From Octopus vulgaris (Eukaryota): a DNA stretch of 64,000 bases. Under the pieces are notes generated by a model, which saw only the letters and a program-made list of their open reading frames with translations, ran no database searches and had not been told where the DNA came from. The stretch is taken from assembly GCA_951406725.2 (NCBI GenBank), contig OX597840.1, forward strand, positions 22,878,001 to 22,942,000. Direction: 5' to 3'. The translations under genes and the position numbers were made by a program. This document shows positions 13,398 to 27,369 of the stretch, in pieces. Every line of letters starts with the position of its first letter. Within the stretch, counting starts at the first letter, position 1.

Positions 13398-16220
13398 TAG
13401 TCTTTAAATACTTTCGGCTCTACTTTATATTTTATTTATTTTTTTATTTTATTTAGTTTCAGCTCACAAGCTGTGGCCATGCTGGGGCACCGCCATTTAT
13501 ATATATTTCATATTTTTTGAAAGCGTTTCTTTGAAAATTCTTCCTCATAAACCACAATTATTGTCGGTATCACTTACACAAAGATGGCATCGACATTTTA
13601 TGCACAATTTTATACACTCAGCTCTCATAAAATAAATATTCACTCTTATTTTTCCATTTTGACCATAAACAGATAAAATTACATTTTGAAATTGAAATGG
13701 TCAAATTTTTCTTCTAGAAAACAAAAATAGTATAGTAAAATATAGGAGTCACAATTTCATGTGAGTAAAAAACGTATCATTGGTAACTTATAAGCCAAGG
13801 TGATGGGTCAGAGCCAATAAACATTTCAATTTGTAGGTGATACAAAAATTTATTTCAATGAAAAGACAAAGCCGTTTTCACTATGCACTCACCACCACAT
13901 CTGTCTGTGTGTATTATTTTTGTGGGAGGTTTGGATAATATTTTTTGCAGAGTAATAACATAACACATAAGGACAATAGAGAAAAGTTTGATATTATTTA
14001 TTCAGCATTACATGTGTTTCATTTCCTAATAGGAATCACAAACTTTTACATGTAGAGAAAACATGTAACAGATTTCCTATAAGAAATTCTTCAGACATAC
14101 ACATGTATCTGTGCGTGTTCCTTTGCCTAGATATTATGTGATGTTCGTAAAGGGCCATCATGACCGTCATACTTGTGCAGTTGTTCACTTCTAGCCTTCT
14201 GCATAAAATATGTCTCACCAGGGAAAATATTTCCTTGCTTGGAAACAGGTGAGGATTGGTCACAAGGGACCCAGATGTAGAAAATCTCCATCAATGAATT
14301 CCATCTGATCCACAGAAGCAAGAATAGGAGAATTTTAAATGATGAGGATCATCATCATCGTGGTTCCTCTTCTGTATCAATGCATTTACATTTCAATAAT
14401 TGATCACTTTCATAGATTGATTTAGCACGAATAGCTTAGGTTACAGTTATATCTTTCATATTAATAGGACTGTGTACAAACAATTCACCATTTTGATAGA
14501 ATGATTCAGGTTTAACATCACAATGATAGGTTTTCCTTCCTCTGTCAATGCTCTTTTGATTCAATAATGGATGATTTCAAATTCTCGTACGCAAAAATTT
14601 CTGAAAATTCCCACAAATAAAAATATGTGACGAGGGATTATATTAGGTGCTTAAAGCAGCACTCCACACACACAAAAATTAAATAAATTAGAAAAACATA
14701 TTAATTCTAACTTTTAATGATGTAGAAGAACCACCAGAAATAAAGACTTCCCATCTCTCAAATAAAAGCCGTTCCATTTCCTCTCGTTACGATATTTGCT
14801 TTTCGTTTCAGTATTTCAAGTGCACACTCGTATTTTTATACATTCCCCATTTCTTATAAAGGCAAGACACTTGTTCAGAGTTAGTTCTTCCTAATTTTGT
14901 TGCTCCGTATGCATGTGTATTGCTTGCTCAGTTCAACTTTACAACTGATATTTAAGAGAAAATCTAATTAAATAGACACGTGATTGGTAATTAAGTGTCT
15001 AAAGAAACAGATGCAGCATTTTTTTTATTATGTTGACCTGTTAAATATTAATATTCGTCGTAAAAATTCTCTTGAAGCTGTCACTGTCCACTCTAACTTT
15101 TCACTCATTCAACATATTCTCATATTTTCATCGTTGACTCTCTCTGAATATATATTACTATGTAAGTATATTTCTATTGTATATGTATCATATTACGTAC
15201 GTCTGTTTGTTTCGATGTGTTGAGTAAGTTACAAGAAAGAATCTCACTAAACAAAGACGAAATAGCGGAGGTAAAGGGCATGGACCGCACCTACCTTTCC
15301 CTAATTTTTTTGCAATGGAAACCCACTTTTTCAACTTCGGAGAGGCTGTTCTTTCAATACTTTCGTTGTGTTCTCCTTTACATTCAGATATTTCATTGCA
15401 TCTTTCCTTATTTCCTATATTATTTGTTAACGTCCGATGGATACCTTGTGTAGATAACTTTTCTCTTTCTTCCTCACATGTAAATTCCGCGGGAAAATTA
15501 CGATGTAATTTCTAAGACATGTGGAATGTATAAAAATACGAGTGTGCACTTGAAATACTGAAACGAAAAATAAATATTGTATATAGAAGAAATGGAACTG
15601 ATTTTATTTAAAACCTAGGAAGTCTTTATTTCCGAAGGTTCTTCTCCATCATTACAACTTACAATTAATATCTATTTTCAAAGGAATCTTTCTTTAAGCA
15701 CCCAATGTAACCGCTTATCACATTTTTATTTTGGGGGAATTTTCAGAAAATTTCTGTGTATTTCTGCTGTACATGCAAGGATTGAAACGGTTATGAAACC
15801 AACAAAGAAGGGAAAAAACCGATTGAAGAGCAATTTAGCTGTTATTTATCGCGCACCCCACGACCACCTGATGCCTTCCGAGTTTCTTTCTCACTCTTAC
15901 ATGCTAATGTTTTTCGATATCTTTATTCACATAAACACATTCAATAGTCCGTTGTTGGGATTTAAGGCATTATATATGAATTGCACTCTGTATTTTAATG
16001 TTATTTTCAATTAATTACCTAAGTTATCCTTTTCTCTCTTCGTAATACATATATATTTAAATTCAAATTACGATGAACGTAAACAAACAAACGAAGTTTG
16101 CTTTAGAAGCTTTGAGATGTCTTAGGAAGTTTAAGAAGTGATTTTAAATTCTCAAAGGCAGGATATTGCTAATAATATAGCCTGAACAGGATAAGCTACC
16201 CCTATTTTGCAGAAAAGTGT

Positions 16221-16290
16221 TGGCGGCCGGCTATGAGATTCGAACTCACACCTCCGTGATTACGCATCGCTGCATTTTTCACTCACCACG
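16221..16290 (-). other. Degenerate tRNA-like or SINE-head remnant (copy at ~42098-42165)
   Basis: GAGTTCGAATCTC T-arm/B-box and a 3' CCA-like end, but no complete cloverleaf. Confidence 0.35.
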
Positions 16291-17384
16291 ATAAACAATA
16301 TTTCATTGCGAAGTAAAAAGGAAGAGAAACATTAATTGTAAGGTGTAAGAATTTAAAAATAAAGAAAAAAAAACGAGAATAATTTAATGTTAAAACTACA
16401 TCATTGAGAAGGATTGTCACCAATTTCCTTCTCCACCTCAACCAATAATTTTTCCTACATCAAAAATTACCCACAAAAGATTTTGATGCTGTTAGTCATC
16501 CATACTGATTATTTACTGACTGTTATTCATGTTTCATATTCAACAGAATATTGACATTAAGCTGCCTGTATGTGTGTATTTATAAATGTACGGAAAGAGG
16601 CAGGGGAGGTGTGATATCTCTTTTACGACACATGACTGAGATGAAAACATCAGATATCTAGTGTTATTGACATGTATATTGGTGTGTGTCTATGATAGAC
16701 TTAATGTCCAATAGATGTTATTATACTACATGTGTCTACACCCTGATATAAACTTCTTGAAAACAGAGAGATGGGATAAGTTTAATAGTTCAGATAAAGA
16801 ATTACTTCTACAATTTATGAAAACAGAAATGTCGTAAATTTGCACTTTTGAATATCTGCCTTTTAAACATACTTAATGTCTTATCTTATTTTTCTATTCT
16901 TTCAGAAAAATCACATGAAATTGGCTAAAAAGTATTTTTTGCTATTAAAGAATCATCAATATGTATCATGTTTGAAAGACTCTGCAAAGATATTCTACAA
17001 ACGTATAATCCTGCTTCTAGAAAACATTGCTGAGTTACAGTAAAATATTTCCTCAGAGAGAGAAAGCATTTCTTTACTTCTGTGTCTGAAATGTGCAAGA
17101 GATAATTTTCTCTTTTAAATATACTTTGATAGATTTCCAAAGAGTATTTGCGACATTTTTAAATATTGGCATTGATCACATTTAGAAGAAATATAAGAGA
17201 AGTGATATTTGTTTAGAATAAACTATAAAAGCAAAAAGAAGCAAAATATCCATATATTTTGGTGAGAGAAGAAATATTATTGAAAAGTTGTTGATCTGTA
17301 CAACTTGAAGGATCGATTTTATTTTTTCTTGAAGAAATATCGGAGGCATAAGGAAAATCATCATATGACTGTGACACGTACAAA

Positions 17385-17945
17385 ATGTCATTTTTAGAAA
17401 AACGTAAATCCAGTAAACACCAAGAAATTCATACAAGTCAAGAAACATATCGCTGTGATATCTGTGGTAAATCATTCTCTGTTGGCAGTAGCTTAACCCG
17501 ACACAAACGGGTTCATACAGGAGAGAAACCATATCGCTGTGATATCTGTGGTAAATCATTCTCTGTTGGCAGTAGCTTAACCCGACACAAACGGATTCAT
17601 ACAGGAGAGAAACCATATCACTGTAATATCTGTGGTAAATCATTCTCTGATGGAAGTAGCTTAATTATACACAAATGTATTCATACAGGGGAGAAACCAT
17701 ATTCCTGTAATATCTGTGGTAAATCATTCTCTGATGGAAGTAGCTTAACAAAACACAAACGTATTCATACAGGGGAGAAACCATATTCCTGTGATATCTG
17801 TGGTAAATCATTCTATGAAAGCGGTCACTTAACTGCTCACAAACGGGTTCATACAGGAGAGAAGCCATATTCCTGTGATATCTGTGGAAAATCATTCTCA
17901 GAAAGCCATAGCCTAAATGAACACAGACGTATTCATACAGGGTAG
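17385..17945 (+). CDS. C2H2 zinc-finger protein, 6 fingers (possibly decaying)
   Basis: 186-aa ORF; paralogous start ATG is ATA here, first finger degenerate, downstream in-frame ATG used; further fingers follow the TAG. Confidence 0.75.
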   Translation: MSFLEKRKSSKHQEIHTSQETYRCDICGKSFSVGSSLTRHKRVHTGEKPYRCDICGKSFSVGSSLTRHKRIHTGEKPYHCNICGKSFSDGSSLIIHKCIHTGEKPYSCNICGKSFSDGSSLTKHKRIHTGEKPYSCDICGKSFYESGHLTAHKRVHTGEKPYSCDICGKSFSESHSLNEHRRIHTG

Positions 17946-18029
17946 AAACCATATTCCTGTGATAGCTGTGGTAAATCATTCTCTCAGAACAGTGGCTTAA
18001 CTCAACACAACCGTATTCATACAGGGTAG

Positions 18030-18164
<135 letters not shown>

Positions 18165-18948
18165 TGATTTAAACAGAAGTCTTTCCTTATGACGTGGGTC
18201 CATAACACAGTGATATTTGTTGTACAACATTTCCTCAGAAGGACAAAGGACGTATCTTATAAAGACAACCACAGAATATAGAAACTATATGAATGTGACA
18301 TCTATGGTAAATCTTTGACATGAAATCATCCATTATTGAATCAAAAGAGCATTGACAGAGGAAGGAAAACATATCACTGTGATGTTAAACCTGAATCATA
18401 CTTTCAAAATGATGAATTAATTATACACAGTCCTGTTAATATGAAGAATATGCCATACCCTAAGATATCTGTTAATGATCAATTATAACATAAATGAATT
18501 CAAACAGAAGAGGAACCATATCACTACGATGATGATCCTCATCATTTAACATTCACTTTTACATTCTTCTATGGATCAGATTGAATTCATTGATACCTTC
18601 CCTGTTTCCAAGCAAGGAAATATTTTCCCTGGTGAGACATATTTTACACACAAGACTGGAAATGAACAACTGCACAAGTATGACGGTCATGATGGCCATT
18701 TATGAACACCACATAATATCTGGACAAGGGTGCACACACACACACTTATGTATGTCTGAAGATTTTCTTATAGGAAATATCTTATAGCTTCTCTACACAT
18801 CTAATAGTTTATAATTCCCATTAGGAAATGAAACACATGTAATGCTGAATAAATAATATCAAACTTTTCTCCACTGTCCTTATGTGTTATGTAATTACTC
18901 TGCAGAAAATATCATCCAAACCGCCCACAAAAATAATATATAAGTATA

Positions 18949-19437
18949 CCGTAAATCCTTGAGTATAATCCGCATTTTCCCAAAATTTATTGGTCAAAAT
19001 CCCTAGTGCGTACTATATATGAGGTTAAAAATGAAAAATATTTTCTAAGCAATGTCCGAGTCTCTATTTGCTGTCAGGCAATGTTTATTCAGACACATTT
19101 TGTGATGTCGGGCGCGAAAATGCCTTACGCTAAGCCTGAAAGCAATGAAGTCATAAAATAATCATCCATAACTTGCAATAAGCAACATTTATTAAAATAA
19201 AAGTATTCAGAACACAGAATAACATGTAACAAAAACAATTTGCAAACATATTTACATTCCCATATAACAGTTAAAAACATCACCATTATTGTATTACGCA
19301 TGCGTGGAAGTGTTTGTTTGACTAGGTGCTGCTGGCTTAATTATGCACGGCTCAAGTTAGAGAAGGGATGTGTATTATACACAAGGTTTAGGTTTAGGTG
19401 TTATACTCAAGGGCGGACTATACTTGAGGATTTACGG
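18949..19437. mobile_element. Tc1/mariner-superfamily MITE (duplicated with its segment)
   Basis: Same TIRs and same flanks as 2914..3326. Confidence 0.75.
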
Positions 19438-19954
19438 TATATATATATATATATATATATAGTAACCAGCTTGTTTGTGGTGAAAGTTGGTGTGCATCAG
19501 GGATCTGTGTTGTCACCATTGTTGTTTGCAATAGTGGTTGAAGTGGAGAAGGAGAATGCAAGAAAGAGACTGTAAATAGAGATACTGTATGCAGATGACC
19601 TTGTTCTGATGAGAGAGAAGTTTTGGAAATGGTAGGAGGCATTTGAAAGCAAGGGTTTGAAGGTAAACCTTGGGAGAGAAAGGTGATAGTGAGTGGGGTG
19701 GAAGGAGAAGTGTTGGTGAGTAAGGTGGATCCATGTGGTGTCTGTGGGAGGAGGGTAATGGCAAATGCAGTGTTGTGTATGACATGTGATAACATTGGAA
19801 AAATCCACATTTTTCATTAAAAAAATGAGGACCTGGGTTTGCACCCCCTTAGCAAATTTTGTTGCTGGGCCATTGTTCATATGTGTAGGTAAAATCTGTA
19901 AAAGAAGAAAACGAGATTTCACATGCACACATGAAGCTTGTAAGAACAAATATT

Positions 19955-21232
19955 GGATCTTTTCGGTTTGAACGGCAGATTTTCTAGTGGTGTCATATGA
20001 AATTGTCACCCATAATTATGACCCTAGTATCGATCTATTGCATTTCAATCTGTTTTAGGGTTAGGGGTGGTGGGAAAGGTATCTTTTTTTCTTCACAAAT
20101 GTAAATAAACCCAATCTGTTTCCGGATCTTTTCAATTCTGAAGCCAGGACCACAGATCTTTCTACTTAACTAAATAATCTGAAACTTCGTATGCTGATAG
20201 AGTCTAGCAAAACAAGACACAGGTTGGAACTAGTTTATTTGAGAAAAATCGTAGATTAAAACTGCGAATTTTAACCAATCAGATTGTTTGTTTTCATGTG
20301 TAAAACTTGACTGCATTCTATTAGTGTGACGTAGAAAGCGCTTTTGTGCCGTACTAACGTTCGTTTGAAAACTGTAAACAAACACAGAACGTAACGGCAG
20401 ACGAAATACGGCTACGCATTTCGCCTGGCGTGCTAACGTTTCTGCCAGCTATTTGCTTTTTTAATATTAAATTTCTTGCCTTTTGCACAAATAAATACAA
20501 TAAGTGAAATGAAACGCATTAGCTTAGAAATGAAATCTTGTTAGAAGCCTCGTCACTGAGATGCCACTTCTTAATAGCAAACGAAAGCAAGTACTAACAG
20601 AATGGAAACATTTTCAATTTAATACATGTGGCTTATTAACTAGTTTTAAATATTGTTATTAGGTGGCTGACTATAGGATCCTGGAAACATGAGTACGTTA
20701 AATAATTAGAAGGAGATTTCAGGGAGACATGCGGTTTATTTACATTTAAGATGTTTAATACGTCACCAAATTGGTGGTCGAGACGGAGTAAATAAAATAA
20801 AGCCGAATGACGGAATATCATTGGTTAAAATTCTAATTATTAAACAACGTTAAACTTAGAAGTTACAATTCCGTTTTCATTCTGGTTTACTTTTGACACA
20901 TTCTACCAGTATACGAAGTTTCAAATTGTTTGGTTCAGTAGGAAAAATTTGAAAAAATTGGCTTCAGAATTGAAAAGATCCCTGTTTCTTAAACGAGGGA
21001 CATATTCATACGGCGCACAATGTTTTTTACCTCAATAGATGTCATTGATTTGTTGAAATTGCAGAAATTGAAGAAAAAAAAACAATAAATATCTTACAAA
21101 CTATGGAATTTTCTCAATAAAGCCAAGAGAAAAAGATGTTTTATAAACAGATTCTACCAGTATCCGAAGTTTAAAAGTGTTTAGTTGCGTGGAAATTATT
21201 TTTAAAAACTGCCGTTCAAACCGAAAAGATCC
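19955..21232. mobile_element. Merlin-like MITE carrying a nested related MITE
   Basis: Same TIRs; perfect 8-bp TSD CAAATATT. Confidence 0.88.
20124..20981. mobile_element. Second Merlin-like MITE family, nested
   Basis: TIR GGATCTTTTCAATTCTGAAGCCA; 8-bp TSD CTGTTTCC/CTGTTTCT. Confidence 0.85.
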
Positions 21233-21587
21233 CAAATATTTAAGGCTTTTTTCACCAAGTTTAAAATGCAAAACACACACACAAGAAGAAGCATGCAGTT
21301 GACAAGACAACACGTGCTCACGGAAACTAACGGAAAGTTGGTTTTATTGTCTACTCAAAACGAATGATTATACATTTTTTATGTTCACCCGAAAAATACG
21401 AATTAATGTTTGTTGTAAAGAGGAAGAAATCCTCTTGAAGCTATCATTGTCCACTCTGACTTTAGTTCTAACCACTTCAACATATTCTCACATCTTCGTT
21501 GACTCTCTCTCTCTCTTTTCGCATATGCATTACTATGTAAGTATTAGATTTATATAAACATTTCTATTGTATATGTGTCAAATATAT

Positions 21588-21811
21588 ATTTCTTTACTAC
21601 CCACAAGGGGCTAAACGCAGAGGGGACAAACAAGGACAGACAAACGGATTAAGTCGATTACACCGACCCGAGTGCGTAATTGGTACTTATTTAATTGACC
21701 CCGAAAGGATGAAAGGCAAAGTCGACTACGGCGGAATTTGAACCCAGAACATACCGGCATACGAAATACCGCTGAGCATTTTGCCCGGCGTGCTAACGTT
21801 TCTACCAGCTC
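21588..21811 (-). mobile_element. tRNA-derived SINE with Tx1-like tail
   Basis: B-box GGTTCAAATTCC, core GACTTTGCCTTTCATCCTTTCGGGGTC, tail CCCCTTGTGGGTAGTAAAGAAAT. Confidence 0.85.
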
Positions 21812-23382
21812 AATATACATCTGTTTGTTTGGATGTGGTGAGTAAGTTAATAGAAAGAATCTCCCCAAACAAACACGAAATTATATGAAAGTAAGGCTAT
21901 TATTTTAATACTTTCATTGTGTTTTCGCTTTCCTTTAGACATCTCACTGCATTTTTGGTTATTTTTCTATATTTGTTAACGTCAGATCATTATCGTGTTT
22001 AGATAACATTTTCTCTGTGTTTCTGACATGTAAATTTGACAATAATTAAGTTAAATGCGAGAAAATTCCGATGTAATTTGTAACAAAAAAATGGGGAACG
22101 TGTAAAAGTACGAGTGTGCACTTGAAATACTGAAACGAAAAGGCACTATCGTCTACAGAAGAAATTAAACTGCTCTGTATTGAAACACTACAAAGTACCC
22201 AATTTGACCAACTATAAAAATCCGTTTATATGATCTTTTAATTAAAAACTAGTCGTTAGTACATTAAAACGTGGCAGAATTATGATGTAAGTACGTGCAA
22301 ACCCCGCTTCTAACTTTTTTTTCTAATTTTTACAAATTTTTTCGTTTGTCTTCTGCGTAATGGAATTAATACGATTATGCAAAAGAAAGAATAAAAGAAA
22401 AATTTTTAACCAACTCCCTCCATCCTAATTCCAAAACTTTCCACTGTTTTTCTTTTTTAATTCCTAGTTTTAACTGGTGAACCTCATGAGGGTGCTTGGT
22501 TTGTTCCAGCGCACCACCCGTTATAATGCTGTAACCTTGCTGCCGTGCCTCAATAGTTTTTGGTGGGGTTCCACAGCGCCCCAAAATTTGCAAACGAAGG
22601 AGTTGAATTTGTTTCTTTTTTTACCTTGTTTTAAATACTTCAAAATCCAAATTGCCAAAATATGGGCCGAAATTTTTATGCGTGCTAGAAACGGTTTAAA
22701 ATGTCGGAGGTAAAGAAGGGGTACACCACCCGTTTTCGGCCTAACTAGAACCAACCCTGAAGACCGGGTGTACGTATTCTTTACTGTCGCCGTTAAAAAT
22801 TAAGGAAATAGATTTTGGGGAGATCTCTTATTGTGACTGACTTTTATTTCGTTATTCTAATATCTTTCGAAACTTATGCATATATAAATACATACAAAAT
22901 ATATATATAAACATATACACATAGATTTTTACATAATTAGCTTTATATTCATCCTTGTATGTTGACATTATTACCCGGGAACGAAATCGAAAAAAAAAAT
23001 AGTGGAACTGGTGTAAAAAAAAAAAGAGGGTAGGGAACGAATATGGGAACAAAAAGGCCCGGAAAGCAACGGGGGTGGGGAGAGGGTTTCGGAAATTCAC
23101 AAGATCCGAAGTTTTTCCCTCATAGCTTTAAAATGGGTTTTTAAAAATGAAATTTTATATAAATACCTTTCAGACGGTATAGATTACGATTATATAGAAA
23201 TTTGTGGGGAAAACCTTTTCCAAGGGGTGGGGAGAGGACTTCGGACGATTCACAAGATCCGAGTTTTTCGCTCGTAACTTTGAGGAAAATATAATCCTTT
23301 TGAAATTACAAATTAGGCTTTTCCTAGGGAACTTCGATGCTAAACATCCCTTTGAAGGGTTCAGGTCTTTACTTCTACCGTG

Positions 23383-23419
<37 letters not shown>

Positions 23420-23423
<4 letters not shown>

Positions 23424-24478
23424 TCATCATCATCATCATCATCGTTTAGCGTCCGCTTTCCATGCTAGCATGGGTTGGACGGGTCAACTGGGGTCTGTGA
23501 AGCTGGAAGGCTTCGTCAGGCCCAGTCAGATCTGGCAGTGTTTCTACGGCTGGATGCCCTTCCTAACGCCAACCACTCCGCGAGTGTAGTGGGTGTTTTT
23601 TACGTGCCACCTGCACAGGTGCCAGACAGAGCTGGCGAACGGCCACGAACGGATGGTGCTTTTACGTGCCACCGACACGGGGCCAGACAGAGCTGGCAAA
23701 CGGCCACGAACGGATGGTGCTTTTACGTGCCACCGACATGGGGCCAGACAGAGCTGGCAAACGGCCACGAACGGACGGTGCTTTTACGTGTCACCGGCAC
23801 GGGGCCAGGCGAGGCTGGCAACGAACATGAACGGATGGTGCTTTTACGTGCCACCGACACGGAGCCAGACAGAGCTGGCAAACGGCCACGAACGGACGGT
23901 GCTTTTACGTGTCACCGGCACGGGGGCCAGCCGAGGCTGGCAACGGACGCGAACGGATGGTGCTTTTACGTGCCACCGACACGGTAGCCAGACAGAGCTG
24001 GCAAACGGCCACGAGCGGACGGTGCTTTTACGTGTCACCGGCACGGGGGCCAGCCGAGGCTGGCAACGGACATGAACGGATGGTGCTTTTACGTGCCACC
24101 GACACGGGGCCAGACAGAGCTGGCAAACGGCCACGAACGGATGGTGCTTTTACGTGCCACCGACATGGGGCCAGACAGAGCTGGCAAACGGCCACGAACG
24201 GACGGTGCTTTTACGTGTCACCGGCACGGGGCCAGGCGAGGCTGGCAACGAACATGAACGGATGGTGCTTTTACGTGCCACCGACACGGGGCCAGGCAGA
24301 GCTGGCAAACGGCCACGAGCGAATGGTGCTTTTTACGTATCACCGGCACGGGTGCCAGATGAGGCTGACAGCGGACACGAACGGATGGGTCACTTAACCC
24401 CTGCTTTCTGATATATGATTTGATTTTGATTGTTCTCACTGGTCTTGCCGGGTCTTCTCACGCACAGCATACTTCCAT
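23420..24478 (-). mobile_element. 5'-truncated RTE-like LINE 3' end with (ATG)n tail and an expanded internal minisatellite
   Basis: (CAT)n at 23420-23443; a related, less expanded copy lies at ~35225-35523 (+). Confidence 0.6.
23600..24390. repeat. GC-rich minisatellite, ~58-60-bp unit, ~13 copies
   Basis: Unit GCCAGACAGAGCTGGCAAACGGCCACGAACGGATGGTGCTTTTACGTGCCACCGACACGGG plus a variant unit. Confidence 0.95.
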
Positions 24479-25422
24479 ATATATACTTATATATATATAT
24501 ATGAAATGCTTAGCAGTATTTTGTCTGTCTTTACGTTCTCAGTTCAAATTCCGCCAAGGTTGATTTTGCCCTTCATCCTTTCGGGGTCGATAAGTTAAGT
24601 ACGAGTTGTGTACTGGGATCAATCTAATTGACTGGCCCTTCCTCAAAAACTTCGAGCTTTGTGCCTTAGAGTAGAAAAGAATGTTGATACTTTACTGACT
24701 TTTCTCCCTGTTTCATGCTTATCAAAATATTGACATTAAGCTGCCCGTATCTATGTATTTGTGTATTTACGAATGTACAGAATGAGGCAGAGGAGGAGTG
24801 ATGTCTGTGTTACCAAACAAAGCTGTGTTGATACGACACATGACTGAGATGAAACCATCAGATATCTAGTGTCATTGACATGTATATTGGTGTGTGTCTA
24901 GGACAGATGCAATGTCCAGGAGGTGTTATTACGATAGATATGTCTGTGATATAAACCTCTTGAAAATAGAGAGATGGGATAAATTTAATAGTTCAGATAA
25001 AGAATTCTTCTACAATTTATGAAAACAGAAATGTCGTAAATTTGCACTTTTGAATATCTGCCTTTTAAACATACTTGATGTCTTATATTATTTTTTCTAT
25101 TCTTTCAGAAAAATCACATGAAATTGGCTAAAAAGTATTTTTTTACTTTTAAAGAATCATCAATATGTATCATGTTTGAAAGACTCTGCAAAGATATTCT
25201 ACAAACGTATAATCCTGCTTCTAGAAAACATTGCTGAATTACAGTAAAATATTTCCTCTGAGAGAGAGAAAGCATTTCTTTACTTCTGTGTCTGAAATGT
25301 GCAAGAGATAATTTTCTCTTTTAAATATACTTTGATGGATTTACAAAAGTATTTGCAGCATTTCTATATATTAAGATCACATTTAAAAGAAATATAAGAG
25401 AAGTGATATTTGTTTGGAATAA

Positions 25423-26570
<1,148 letters not shown>

Positions 26571-27108
26571 CCTTTAAAATTCAGTTATTCATGCTTCTGT
26601 CTATCACACGGACTTCATTGATGGAGATTCTCTTCACCCGGGTACCTTTCCTGTTGCCAATCCCCAAATGTTTCCAAGCAAGGAAACGTTTTCCATGGTG
26701 AGACGTATTCGACACAGAAGACTGGAAATGACCAACTGCATTTGTGTGACGGTCATTTACAAACATCACATCTGGACAAGGGTACACACACACATATGAA
26801 TGTCTAGAGAATTTCTTATAGGAAATATTTTACATGTTTTCTCTTTAACTAAAAGTTTGTGATTCCTATTAGGAAATGAAACACATGTAATGCTGAATAA
26901 ATAATATCAAACTTTTATCTGGTCTCCTTATGTGATATTTAATTACTCTGCAAAAAATAACCAAACTTAATGCAAAAATAATATGTGTATATATTCTCGT
27001 TTTTTCTGTGTACCTTTCTGTAGAAGAGCAAAGGCTCGAAACGTAAAAGACTTTTTCAATTCCTGAGCGTTATACTAATACAACTGTTTGTTTTTTTTCG
27101 TAAACTCT

Positions 27109-27152
<44 letters not shown>

Positions 27153-27369
27153 AACCAGCTTCTCTCTCTCCAACTTGTATACTTTTGTTATGTAGTGGAG
27201 TAGGCATGAGAGGGATGGAGGAGTGAAGAAGAAGTAGAGAAAGGTGATCTTATAATAATTCTGCATGTCGTTACGGTACTTAGCCTGTCAATAACACTCT
27301 CAGCTATTAGAGAAAAAGGGGGAGAAAGAAAAGAGGATAAGGTTAGGAGTGAGGTGGGAAGAGGAAGAA

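Noticed and set aside
16221-16290. Functional tRNA gene
   Set aside because: Only the T-arm/B-box is recognisable; D-arm and acceptor stem are not supported.
23600-24390. Possible CRISPR array
   Set aside because: Units are contiguous tandem repeats without unique spacers; no cas genes; eukaryotic context.
23475-24439. Overlapping ORFs in many frames
   Set aside because: Artefact of the stop-poor GC-rich minisatellite.
27015-27050. Hammerhead-like motif TAGAAGAGC-AAAG-GCTCGAAAC, possibly a Penelope-like remnant
   Set aside because: The core lacks the required CUGANGA and no convincing stems I/III were found; at most a decayed fragment.
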